From: an uncultured SAR86 cluster bacterium
Lineage (GTDB): Bacteria > Pseudomonadota > Gammaproteobacteria > Magnimaribacterales > D2472
Assembly: GCA_902520725.1 (NCBI GenBank)
Contig: CABYPB010000002.1
Span: forward strand, 8,666 to 72,665
DNA: 64,000 nucleotides
Direction: 5' to 3'
Under the pieces are notes generated by a model that saw only the letters and a program-made list of their open reading frames with translations, had not been told where the DNA came from and searched no databases. Below, in pieces: positions 30,310 through 40,197 of this stretch. Made by a program: the position numbers and the translations under genes. Within the stretch, counting starts at the first letter, position 1. Each line of letters starts with the position of its first letter.

Positions 30310-31656
30310 TTATAATTTATTTGAAAGTCCTATATATGTGTGTGGACTTAACATTTTTAATCTTTTTTTAGCTTCAGCTGAAATATTAAGTGTTTCAATA
30401 AACTTAATATATGAATCTTCATCTAATTTTTTTCCTCTTGAAAGTGATTTAAGTTGCTCATAAGCATCATCAATACCTTCGTAACGCATAATGGTTTGAA
30501 CAGCTTCAGTTAAAACTTCCCAATTAGTATCTAATTCTTCATATATTTTTTGTCTGTTGGGTTCAACTTTACTGAGACCTTTATATAAGGACAATAGTGC
30601 GATTTGGGAATATCCAAATGTAAGACCGATGTTTCTTAAGACGGTACTATCAGACAGATCTCTTTGAAGTCTAGATTTAGAAAGTTTATTTGTAAAAAAA
30701 TCATTTAAAGTATTAGAAACACCAAAGTTACCTTCTGCATTCTCAAAATCTATTGGGTTGACTTTATGAGGCATAGTAGATGAACCTACCTCATTATAAA
30801 TAACGTTTAAGGCAAAAATATCATTAGCAATATATATCCACATATCTTGACTAAGATCGATACAAATATTATTTACCCTAGTTAATGTTTGTGTTACTTC
30901 TGCTATCCAATCATGAGGTTCAATCTGAGTTGTATAATCATTCATAGATATTCCAAATGAATTTACAAACTTTTTATTAAATTTTGGCCAATTAATCTTA
31001 TCATTAGCAATCATGAAAGTATGATAATTTCCAGTAGCGCCGCTATACTTTGCGAGAGGCTTAATCGATTTCAATACATCTATTTGTTTCTCAAGTCTTT
31101 TTACAAACACTTTCATTTCTTTTCCAAGTGTAGACGGTGAAGCTGCTTGACCATGAGTTCTTGATAAAAAAGCAATGTTCTTCCACTTAACAGATCTATT
31201 TTTTAATATTTTTAATAAATCTGAAAGCTTATTAAGATATATAGATAATCCATTATTTATCATTATTGAATAGGCGAGGGAGTTTATGTCTTCACTTGTT
31301 AAGCCAAAATGTATTAAATGAATGTACTTTGATAAAACTTTATCTTTTTTAAAAAAATCTTTGATGAAGTACTCGACAGCTTTTACATCATGATTTGTTT
31401 TGGCTTCAATTTTTTTTATCTTTAAGACATCTTTATCAGAAAATTGATCTTTAAACTTATAAATTTTACTTTTTGAGGATTGGCTTAATTTTTTAAAAAA
31501 TTTGGGATATTTATCACATAAATATATCAACCATTCTATTTCTATAATAAATCTTTGTTTAACAAGTTCGTGTTCAGAAAAGCATGCTCTAGTATCTAAT
31601 ATCTTTAGAGAGTATCTATTATCTAATGGTGAAATATTGTTATGTTCGTATTTCAT
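30310..31656 (-). CDS. purB: Adenylosuccinate lyase
   Basis: ISPLDNRY, TNHDVKAVEY, SRTHGQ, GSSTMPHKVNPIDFEN. Confidence 0.97.
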   Translation of the reverse strand: MKYEHNNISPLDNRYSLKILDTRACFSEHELVKQRFIIEIEWLIYLCDKYPKFFKKLSQSSKSKIYKFKDQFSDKDVLKIKKIEAKTNHDVKAVEYFIKDFFKKDKVLSKYIHLIHFGLTSEDINSLAYSIMINNGLSIYLNKLSDLLKILKNRSVKWKNIAFLSRTHGQAASPSTLGKEMKVFVKRLEKQIDVLKSIKPLAKYSGATGNYHTFMIANDKINWPKFNKKFVNSFGISMNDYTTQIEPHDWIAEVTQTLTRVNNICIDLSQDMWIYIANDIFALNVIYNEVGSSTMPHKVNPIDFENAEGNFGVSNTLNDFFTNKLSKSRLQRDLSDSTVLRNIGLTFGYSQIALLSLYKGLSKVEPNRQKIYEELDTNWEVLTEAVQTIMRYEGIDDAYEQLKSLSRGKKLDEDSYIKFIETLNISAEAKKRLKMLSPHTYIGLSNKL

Positions 31657-31686
31657 AAATTTGTTGTTATTATAATTTTTTTTATT

Positions 31687-32790
31687 TTAAAAAGCTCTAG
31701 AAATAACACCGCCTCCCATACATATGTTCTTTTTATAAAATACTGCTGACTGACCTAGTGCTACACCTCTAATAGGCTTATTAAATTTAATAACGTATCC
31801 GTCATTTAAATAATCGATCTGGCAATCTACTGGTTCATGTTGATGTCTTATTTGAATCATACATTCAATTGAATCAAAGTCATAATCATTATTTATCCAT
31901 GAAATATCTTCGCATTCTAACCCCTTGCTATACAAAAGGTTATTATTAACACCCTGACATACAAAAATCTGATTTTTTAAAATATCTTTTTTATATACGT
32001 ACCAAGGTAAATCATCCTTATCTTTAATACCTCCAATCTGCAAGCCCTGCCTTTGTCCAATGGTATATAGAGTAGAGCCATTATGCTCACCAATAATATT
32101 ATTATATTCATCTAATATTGGGCCTTTTTCTAATTTTATAAATCTACCAAGAAAATCTTTCATATTTTTTTCACCAACAAAACATATGCCAACAGAATCT
32201 TTTTTTGAAGATACTGATAACCTTATTTCTTTTGCTATCTTTCTCACATCAGATTTCATTAAATTCTCTAAAGGAAAGATACATTTTTTAAATTCAGGCT
32301 CTTTAACTTCATGTAAAAAATATGTTTGATCTTTTGCAATATCTTTAGCTCTAGATAGGTAAGTTTTGTCATTAATATTTTTTAGTGATGCATAGTGACC
32401 TGTAGCGATATAATCAGCACCAATTGTGAGTGCATAATTTAAAAATGATTTAAATTTAATCTCTCTATTACATAAAATATCTGGATTAGGAGTTCTTCCA
32501 AGCTTATATTCATTTAAGAATTCTTCAAAAACATTATTCCAATAATCATCTGAAAAATTAGCCTTATGTAATGGTATTTCCAATCTATCACATACGCTTG
32601 ATGCGTCTTTAAAGTCAATTTCAGATGTACATTTTTCACCAGGCTCATTTTGCCAATTTTGCATAAAAAGCCCTGTAACCTTATATCCCTTTTCCTTTAA
32701 CAAATATGCAGCAACAGAAGAATCAACTCCTCCTGACATTCCTACGACAACCTTTTTATTAGTTTCTTGTTTCAAATCAAATAAATACAA
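31687..32790 (-). CDS. mnmA: tRNA 2-thiouridine(34) synthase
   Basis: GMSGGVDSSV, TPNPDILCN, ATGHY, KDQTYFL, DSVGICF, TIGQR. Confidence 0.97.
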   Translation of the reverse strand: MYLFDLKQETNKKVVVGMSGGVDSSVAAYLLKEKGYKVTGLFMQNWQNEPGEKCTSEIDFKDASSVCDRLEIPLHKANFSDDYWNNVFEEFLNEYKLGRTPNPDILCNREIKFKSFLNYALTIGADYIATGHYASLKNINDKTYLSRAKDIAKDQTYFLHEVKEPEFKKCIFPLENLMKSDVRKIAKEIRLSVSSKKDSVGICFVGEKNMKDFLGRFIKLEKGPILDEYNNIIGEHNGSTLYTIGQRQGLQIGGIKDKDDLPWYVYKKDILKNQIFVCQGVNNNLLYSKGLECEDISWINNDYDFDSIECMIQIRHQHEPVDCQIDYLNDGYVIKFNKPIRGVALGQSAVFYKKNICMGGGVISRAF

Positions 32791-32864
32791 TTTTTAATAC
32801 TTTAGGAGTATAATTATCACCGATTTCTTATGTAAAAACCTATTTTTAGAGGCTTTATTACTGA

Positions 32865-34118
32865 ATGAGTTACAAAAAAATAAAAATACCCAAAAAAGGC
32901 GAAAAAATATCTTATAAGGATGGAGCTTTAGTAGTTCCTGATAATCCTATAATTCCATTTATAGAAGGTGATGGGATTGGTGTTGATATTACACCCCCTA
33001 TGATAAGTGTGGTAAATGAAGCTGTAAAAATTGCTTATAGCGGAAAGAAAAAGATTTCATGGATGGAAGTTTATTGTGGCGAAAAGGCTACTAAAAAATA
33101 TAACAAGGATACTTGGTTACCAGATGAAACTATTGAAGCATTGAAAGAATATGTTGTAAGCATAAAAGGCCCATTAACAACTCCTGTTGGAGGAGGTATT
33201 AGATCACTAAATGTTTCTTTAAGACAACTAATGGATTTATATGTTTGCTTGAGGCCAATTAGATACTTTGACGGAGTTCCATCGCCAGTAAAAAGACCTC
33301 AGGATGTAGATATGGTGATATTTAGAGAAAATTCTGAAGATATATATTGTGGTGTTGAATTTGAAGCAAATAGTGACCAGTCAAAAAAATTACTGAAAGT
33401 ATTAAAAAATGATTTTGACGTAACAAAAATACGATTTGAAGATAATGTAGGAATAGGTGTTAAGCCTATATCAGCCGCTGGTACAAAAAGGATAGTTACT
33501 AAAGCAATAGATTATGCAATTGACAACAATAGGTCGTCTGTAACATTAGTTCATAAAGGTAATATTATGAAGTTTACAGAGGGTGCTTTTAGGGATTGGG
33601 GTTATGAGATTGCTAAAAATACATATGGTGGTGTTGATATTGATGAGGGACCGTGGCAAGAAATAATTAATCCAAAGAATGGAAAGAAAATAGTTATAAA
33701 AGATGTTATTTGTGATGCTTTTCTTCAACAGATTTTATTACGTCCAACTGACTATGACGTTATTGCAACAATGAATTTAAACGGAGATTACATTTCAGAT
33801 GCTTTAGCAGCAATGGTAGGAGGGATTGGAATTGCACCTGGAGCTAATCTTTCAGATGATTTTGCAGTTTTTGAGGCAACCCATGGAACAGCACCAAAAT
33901 ACGCTGGCAAGAATCAAGTTAATCCAGGAAGTCTAATTTTATCTGCAGAGATGATGTTAAGACACATGGGTTGGTTAGAAGCTGCTGATTTATTAATAGA
34001 ATCAATGGATAGAACAATAAGTGCTAAAAAGGTTACATATGATTTCGCACGGATGATGAATGATGCAGAAAAAGTATCATCATCAGGATTTGCAGATGAA
34101 ATGATTAAAAGAATGTGA
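32865..34118 (+). CDS. icd: NADP-dependent isocitrate dehydrogenase (dimeric)
   Basis: [53 protein letters not shown]. Confidence 0.97.
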   Translation: MSYKKIKIPKKGEKISYKDGALVVPDNPIIPFIEGDGIGVDITPPMISVVNEAVKIAYSGKKKISWMEVYCGEKATKKYNKDTWLPDETIEALKEYVVSIKGPLTTPVGGGIRSLNVSLRQLMDLYVCLRPIRYFDGVPSPVKRPQDVDMVIFRENSEDIYCGVEFEANSDQSKKLLKVLKNDFDVTKIRFEDNVGIGVKPISAAGTKRIVTKAIDYAIDNNRSSVTLVHKGNIMKFTEGAFRDWGYEIAKNTYGGVDIDEGPWQEIINPKNGKKIVIKDVICDAFLQQILLRPTDYDVIATMNLNGDYISDALAAMVGGIGIAPGANLSDDFAVFEATHGTAPKYAGKNQVNPGSLILSAEMMLRHMGWLEAADLLIESMDRTISAKKVTYDFARMMNDAEKVSSSGFADEMIKRM

Positions 34119-34459
34119 TGTTTAGATTATCGAAAGATAATAATGACACTACATCAGGTGATTTAGGTGCTGTTGTTCTTGAGAAAGACCCAGAAATCAA
34201 AGAACCACCATCGTATCAAGTTATTCTTTTAAATGATGACTATACACCTATGGAATTTGTTGTTTATGTTCTTCAAACTGTATTTGGACACAACCATCAA
34301 AAATCTACTGAAATAATGATGGAAGTTCATACAAAAGGTATGGGAGTTTGTGGTATATTTTCAAAGGAGATAGCTGAAATGATGTCATATGAAGTTAACA
34401 CTATGGCAAAAGATCACGGCCATCCATTATTAAGTGAAATAGAACCATTAACAGATTAA
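34115..34459 (+). CDS. clpS: ATP-dependent Clp protease adaptor ClpS
   Basis: [26 protein letters not shown]. Confidence 0.96.
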   Translation: MMFRLSKDNNDTTSGDLGAVVLEKDPEIKEPPSYQVILLNDDYTPMEFVVYVLQTVFGHNHQKSTEIMMEVHTKGMGVCGIFSKEIAEMMSYEVNTMAKDHGHPLLSEIEPLTD

Positions 34460-36700
34460 ATGTTTAGTAAAGAATTAGAACTATCAATTGCAAGCTTATT
34501 TGATAAAGCTCATGAAGCTAATATCCAATATATTACAGTTGAACATCTCTTATTAATGATCTTAAATGATTTTGATGTTAAAGATTTTTTTAAGTCCGAA
34601 GATATTAATATTGAATCTATAAAAAATGACTTAAATGAGCATTTAAAAAAAACAGTTGTAACCAAAACTGATCAACAAAAAACAGTTCAACCAACTTTAG
34701 GATTTCAGAGAGTTCTTCAAAGAGCTGTATTTCATATTCAATCATCTGGAAAGGGTGTTGTGAAACCAATTAATATACTCGTTGCAATATTTTCAGAAAA
34801 AGAATCACACTCAGTATTTCTATTGAATAAATTTAAAATAGGGCGCCTTGATGTTGTTACATACTTATCACATGGTCCAAAAGAAACCAAAGAAGATACT
34901 ATAGAATCAGAAGAGACTGGTAATGCAGATCAGATAAAGTCCTCTAGTGAGAATGACTATTTAATAAATTTAAATAATCTCGTAAAGGGCAATAAGATCG
35001 ATAAGGTAATTGGAAGGAAAAAGGAGATTGAACGACTTATACAAATATTATCAAGAAGAAATAAAAATAATCCTTTATTGGTTGGTGAGTCTGGCGTTGG
35101 AAAAACTGCAATTGCAGAAGGTCTTGCATATTTAATTTCAAACCAAGATGTACCTTCAATAATTGAAAATACCATTGTTTATTCACTTGATATTGCAGCA
35201 TTAATAGCTGGAACTAAATATAGAGGAGATTTTGAAAAAAGACTTAAAGGTGTATTAAACTTCCTTTCAAAACAAAATAATCCAATTCTTTTTATTGATG
35301 AAATTCATACTATTATAGGTGCGGGCTCAGCTTCTGGTGGTTCTTTAGATGTTTCAAATCTTTTAAAACCAGCACTAGGTAAAGGGCAAATACGATGTAT
35401 TGGATCAACAACTTTCCAAGAATATCGTGGTATTTTTAATCAAAATCAGGCTTTATCAAGAAGATTTCAGAAAATTGATGTTATTGAACCTTCTTATGAT
35501 GAATGTGAAGAAATACTTAACGGAATTAAAGATATATACGAAACGTATCATCATGTTAAATACACAGATGAAGCAATTAAGTCAGCTGTTGAACTTTCAT
35601 CAAAATACATTAATGATAGGTTTTTACCAGATAAGGCAATAGATGTTATCGATGAAACTGGCGCTTTATTAAATATTAATAGAAAAAGTGATAAAACGTT
35701 AAAAGTTAATAAAGCTGATATTGAGATGACAATTTCAAAGATTACTAAAATTCCTGAACAATCTATATCATCAAGTGATAAGAAAAATCTTAAAAATATT
35801 GAAGATAATTTAAAAAGAGTTATTTTTGGTCAAGATAAAGCTGTTGAAACATTATCTAATGCAATTAAGTTATCGAGAGTAGGGCTTAGAGATGAAAATA
35901 AGACTATTGGATCATTTCTATTTACTGGACCTACTGGTGTTGGAAAAACAGAAATATCAAAACAATTATCTGAAATTCTTGGCATAGATTTAATTAGATT
36001 TGATATGAGTGAATATATGGAAAGACATACTGTTTCTAGGCTTATTGGAGCTCCTCCTGGTTATGTAGGATTTGATCAAGGCGGACTTTTAACAGAATCT
36101 ATTGTTAAATCTCCACATTGTGTACTTCTGTTAGATGAAATTGAAAAGGCACATCCTGATATCTTTAATATTCTACTTCAAGTTATGGATGCTGGTGTAT
36201 TAACTGATAACAACGGAAGAAAATCTGATTTTAGGAATGTTATTTTAATAATGACTACCAATATTGGCGCTGACTTGTTAAGCAAAAGAAACATTGGCTT
36301 TGCTGAATCTTCAAACGAAACTGATGCAATGAATTCTTTAAAAAAACTATTTTCACCAGAATTTAGAAATAGATTAGATGAAACCATACAGTTCAATTAT
36401 TTAGATAAAAATGTAATTCTTTCAATTGTTGATAAATTCTTAACAAAACTTCAAGCGCAACTTGATAAGAGAAATGTTGAAATAGTTGTATCAAAAAATG
36501 TTATTAATTGGATAGCTGATAATGGGTATGACAAAGAAATGGGCGCAAGACCAATGGAGAGATTTATATCTCAAAATATTAAGAAACCACTTGTTGATAA
36601 ATTATTGTTTGGAAACTTAAAAAGCGGTGGTGTTATAAAGCTTGATATAGTGAAGGGTAAATTAAAGTTTACTGACAATAAATCAAAGGTAAAAGTCTAA
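34460..36700 (+). CDS. clpA: ATP-dependent Clp protease ATPase ClpA
   Basis: Two AAA modules (GESGVGKT, GPTGVGKT), PTLGFQRVLQRA, RLIGAPPGYVG; follows clpS. Confidence 0.97.
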   Translation: MFSKELELSIASLFDKAHEANIQYITVEHLLLMILNDFDVKDFFKSEDINIESIKNDLNEHLKKTVVTKTDQQKTVQPTLGFQRVLQRAVFHIQSSGKGVVKPINILVAIFSEKESHSVFLLNKFKIGRLDVVTYLSHGPKETKEDTIESEETGNADQIKSSSENDYLINLNNLVKGNKIDKVIGRKKEIERLIQILSRRNKNNPLLVGESGVGKTAIAEGLAYLISNQDVPSIIENTIVYSLDIAALIAGTKYRGDFEKRLKGVLNFLSKQNNPILFIDEIHTIIGAGSASGGSLDVSNLLKPALGKGQIRCIGSTTFQEYRGIFNQNQALSRRFQKIDVIEPSYDECEEILNGIKDIYETYHHVKYTDEAIKSAVELSSKYINDRFLPDKAIDVIDETGALLNINRKSDKTLKVNKADIEMTISKITKIPEQSISSSDKKNLKNIEDNLKRVIFGQDKAVETLSNAIKLSRVGLRDENKTIGSFLFTGPTGVGKTEISKQLSEILGIDLIRFDMSEYMERHTVSRLIGAPPGYVGFDQGGLLTESIVKSPHCVLLLDEIEKAHPDIFNILLQVMDAGVLTDNNGRKSDFRNVILIMTTNIGADLLSKRNIGFAESSNETDAMNSLKKLFSPEFRNRLDETIQFNYLDKNVILSIVDKFLTKLQAQLDKRNVEIVVSKNVINWIADNGYDKEMGARPMERFISQNIKKPLVDKLLFGNLKSGGVIKLDIVKGKLKFTDNKSKVKV

Positions 36701-36701
36701 A

Positions 36702-36920
36702 TTATCTACCTCTAAAAGTAATTCTTCCTACCGTAAGATCATATGGTGTCATTTCTACTTTAACCTTATCTCCAGTTAATATCCTAATATAATGCTTTCT
36801 CATTTTTCCTGATATATGAGCTGTGATTATATGATCGTTTTCTAATTTAACTTTAAATTTTGTATTTGGAAGTGTTTCTATAACTTCACCTTCAAATTCT
36901 AATTGATCTTCTTTTGACAT
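36702..36920 (-). CDS. infA: Translation initiation factor IF-1
   Basis: [29 protein letters not shown]. Confidence 0.98.
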   Translation of the reverse strand: MSKEDQLEFEGEVIETLPNTKFKVKLENDHIITAHISGKMRKHYIRILTGDKVKVEMTPYDLTVGRITFRGR

Positions 36921-36993
36921 ATGAATGCATTTTAAACCAATTATAAAAACTATTGTAATTTAATTATTAAGAATAAGCTTATAATTGTCCATT

Positions 36994-39633
36994 ATGAAAA
37001 ATAATTCATCATTAATATTAATACTTTGTATTTTTATATTAAGTTCATGTGGCGGAGGCGGGTCGGCTCCCTTTTCTTTAACATTACCCCTGTTATCAAC
37101 CATTTCTATCAACGAAGATAATCCATATACATCAACAATTACTGCATCAACAAACTACAAATCACAAATTACTTATGAAATTACTTATTCAACAACTAAT
37201 GGTGAATCTAATTTAACGACCGCAGGTTTATATACCTATGAGCCAAATCAAGATTATTTTGGTGCTGACAGTTTTACTATTAAAGTTACAGCCCAAAGAT
37301 TGGATGATAATAATATTACTACAGGAGTAACTTTAATAAAGAATATGACAATTGCTATTAATATAGCACCTGTAAATGATCCACCCGTAGTAAACATTAT
37401 AGATGAGTTAAGTGCTTATTCAGATACAAGCTTAATTATTGATGACGTATTGAATATAAAAGTTGAGATCATTGATGTCGATAATGAATTAGGTGAGTTG
37501 ACTTTCTTTGGCCGATTACCGAATGAAAATATAAATGCACAACTTGATATAATCTCTATACCAAGTGGTGATGAATTTATAGAAGAACAAAGTTTAGATT
37601 TTTATGTTGATTCTATACAAACAGCAGGATTATTTAATATGAATATTTGTGCTAATGATGGCACTGATTTAACCTGTGAAGGCGACTTAGAAGCCTATTT
37701 TATCTCTGATAAAGATGTTCAAACAATTTCTTATAACTGCGATGAAGACGAGTTAAATTGTTTATATAGCGAACAATATTTGTACTATTTAGTGGGCAGT
37801 TCAGAAACTACAGCTAAAACAGATTATATATTTATTGCTGATCAATTAAATGATGCAAGTGATAAAGATGAATTTCATTTAAGGCTTTTACAGTCTGTTA
37901 ATAATTTAAAAAACTCTGATGCTAGTGAAATGTTTAATAATTACTTCAATATTAGAGTGTTAGAAGAAATAAACCCATCCGGTGTTTCATTATTCAATAT
38001 AGAAACAGGTTGTTATGCATCTTGGGATGAAAGAATTTATTGCATAGGAAATGTTGATAGAGAAATGATTGGAGATATAGCTGGTAACTGGGATGTAGTT
38101 TCGTTTTTAACAACATTAAACGGAAGAGGGGTCGCGCAAGGTGCTTTAAATATTCAACCTCTATCATCAAGAACCTATGAAATAGTTCAACATGAATTAG
38201 GTCATTCACATGGATTTATGGGTGATGAATATGATTCACGAGGAGAGCGAACATTCCCTGCCTGGTATGCAGAATTCAGTGTGAATGCAACAGAAGTGTC
38301 TGATCCTACAAAAGTGAAGTGGAATCATTTTATTGAAGATATTACAAACGTTCCTGGTGTTGATTTCGATGTTTGTTATAACTATCCAGATGGTAGTATT
38401 TATTATCGTGATGATATGGAATATGAAGATTGTGAGTGTTACTACAATACCTATGATGAAAATGATACAGATTATGATCCAAATTATCCTGGTATAAATG
38501 AAGACGATTCATGTAAAGAAAAAATAGGCTTATTTCAAGGTACTTACTATGATGAAGTAAAAACATATAGACCAAAATGGATATCTGTTATGTGGTGCTG
38601 TTTTCTTGATTATGGAAAAATAAATGTTGAGGGATTTGCAGCTGGATCTATTAGAAATCAATTTAATGGATTTACAGATTTTATTATTAAATCTGATGTA
38701 AATAATGATGTGGACTTAAATAATTCAGAATCAATAGGGGAATATATTACATTTGATATTAATGGTGAATACGATACGAATAAGCTAAAGCTATCATGGT
38801 ACATTGATGGGATTGAGCAAACCGACTTAGAAAATCAATTAGAAGTAACATTTGATAGGCCAGATGATGATTCAATGATAACTTACTCATGGCAAGTTCA
38901 TGACCTTACAGGAAATTTAATAGCACCAAATGACCCATTAAATCCTTTAGATCTTTATGGCGGTATTTTTAATCAATATGGCGGCTGGTCATATTATGAT
39001 CCTGACCCCAATACTAATCCTAATAATAATCCTAATAATCCCTATGTTGGTTCTTGGTCATGGCACACGATAAATGGCACTGAAGAAAGAGATAATCAAG
39101 TTGATTTATCAAATATTGATAACTACTTATACGCAGAACAATGTTGTTCGTTAGGCTATAGTTATAAAATAAATTGGAAAAATTATGATCCAACAACAAT
39201 AAGCACATCAATATCAAAAACTAAGAAAAATAGAAAAAATAAGAATTTTTTTAATATTAAGCCTGAAATTAATAACAATGAAAATGTTTTAACAGCTGAT
39301 TTGTCTGATACAAACATAGACATTTCAATTATTGAAGTTGCTAAAGTAAAGAAAGAGTTTGTTAAAAATAATAATATTAATTTTAATGATAAATATATGA
39401 TTACATTTCATGATAAGGAAATGAATCCTATTTATGCGTTGGGTTTAGGGAATCCATTTGAGACTAGACTTCAACATATAGGATATGAAAAAGAAAGCAT
39501 TTTCAATATAGAAATACCTATAAAGAATTACAAAATAGCATATCCAAGTGATTTAGACCCATATTTTATTACCTACAGCAAAAGGTCAATTAGCAATACT
39601 TTTGAAGTAATAAAAGTAGTTAAAATACAATAA
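36994..39633 (+). CDS. Large lipoprotein with cadherin/Ig-like domain and M64 (IgA peptidase-like) metallopeptidase domain
   Basis: Lipobox LSSC-GGG; INED...YTYEPNQDYFGADSF...PVNDPP Ig/cadherin-like repeat; HELGHSHGFMGDEY zincin motif; KWNHF and YRP....M features typical of M64. Confidence 0.75.
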   Translation: MKNNSSLILILCIFILSSCGGGGSAPFSLTLPLLSTISINEDNPYTSTITASTNYKSQITYEITYSTTNGESNLTTAGLYTYEPNQDYFGADSFTIKVTAQRLDDNNITTGVTLIKNMTIAINIAPVNDPPVVNIIDELSAYSDTSLIIDDVLNIKVEIIDVDNELGELTFFGRLPNENINAQLDIISIPSGDEFIEEQSLDFYVDSIQTAGLFNMNICANDGTDLTCEGDLEAYFISDKDVQTISYNCDEDELNCLYSEQYLYYLVGSSETTAKTDYIFIADQLNDASDKDEFHLRLLQSVNNLKNSDASEMFNNYFNIRVLEEINPSGVSLFNIETGCYASWDERIYCIGNVDREMIGDIAGNWDVVSFLTTLNGRGVAQGALNIQPLSSRTYEIVQHELGHSHGFMGDEYDSRGERTFPAWYAEFSVNATEVSDPTKVKWNHFIEDITNVPGVDFDVCYNYPDGSIYYRDDMEYEDCECYYNTYDENDTDYDPNYPGINEDDSCKEKIGLFQGTYYDEVKTYRPKWISVMWCCFLDYGKINVEGFAAGSIRNQFNGFTDFIIKSDVNNDVDLNNSESIGEYITFDINGEYDTNKLKLSWYIDGIEQTDLENQLEVTFDRPDDDSMITYSWQVHDLTGNLIAPNDPLNPLDLYGGIFNQYGGWSYYDPDPNTNPNNNPNNPYVGSWSWHTINGTEERDNQVDLSNIDNYLYAEQCCSLGYSYKINWKNYDPTTISTSISKTKKNRKNKNFFNIKPEINNNENVLTADLSDTNIDISIIEVAKVKKEFVKNNNINFNDKYMITFHDKEMNPIYALGLGNPFETRLQHIGYEKESIFNIEIPIKNYKIAYPSDLDPYFITYSKRSISNTFEVIKVVKIQ
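38998..39043 (+). repeat. Short (CCT)(AAT)n coding repeat
   Basis: cctgaccccaatactaatcctaataataatcctaataatccc encodes PDPNTNPNNNPNNP. Confidence 0.6.
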
Positions 39634-39662
39634 TCATATAGCAATATAATCTTATAGATGAA

Positions 39663-40139
39663 ATGATAGTAGATAGCAAAATAAATGTTAATTCCTCTAA
39701 GGATGAAATTATAGAACTTTTAAAATCAAAGAATAATCTTGAGAAGTTCCATCCATTTTGTTTAAAAAATAATGTAATAAATTGGGATAAAGATAATTCA
39801 GTGGATTATATTTATTATTTTAGTGGTAAAAAATATAAAAGAAAATTTATTAGATGGAATAATGATGGATACGATTTAGAAATTTATGATAATAGAAAGT
39901 TAGCTAAAATTAGTTGGTCTGTATCAGTAAATGATGAACAATCTATTGTTAAGATTCAAGCAGAGCCTTACTTACCATATAAAAGTCGATCCATAAATAT
40001 AATAATCTTTCATGTGTATGTTAAACATATGTTAAAAAGTTATTTAAATGCAGTATTAAAGGGTCTTAAGTTTCATATTGAAACAACTAATATCGTTAAA
40101 GAAAATCAATTTGGTAAACACCGATGGTATTCTGCATAA
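39663..40139 (+). CDS. Hypothetical protein, SRPBCC/START-like fold
   Basis: NLEKFHPFC..N, Y.R.F..W...GYDL.I, C-terminal helix ending L.GLK.HIET, typical of SRPBCC proteins. Confidence 0.6.
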   Translation: MIVDSKINVNSSKDEIIELLKSKNNLEKFHPFCLKNNVINWDKDNSVDYIYYFSGKKYKRKFIRWNNDGYDLEIYDNRKLAKISWSVSVNDEQSIVKIQAEPYLPYKSRSINIIIFHVYVKHMLKSYLNAVLKGLKFHIETTNIVKENQFGKHRWYSA

Positions 40140-40146
40140 CCTTATA

Positions 40147-40174
40147 AGTTAACATAATATATATTATGCGAACT
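40147..40174 (-). other. dif site (XerCD chromosome dimer resolution)
   Basis: Minus strand AGTTCGCATAA-TATATA-TTATGTTAACT against E. coli dif GGTGCGCATAA-TGTATA-TTATGTTAAAT; intergenic between convergent genes. Confidence 0.93.
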
Positions 40175-40197
40175 AATATATGGCCTAGTATGGATAA

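Noticed and set aside
38998-39043. AAT/CCT repeat as a contingency locus or CRISPR-like array
   Set aside because: Short in-frame low-complexity linker with no spacer structure.
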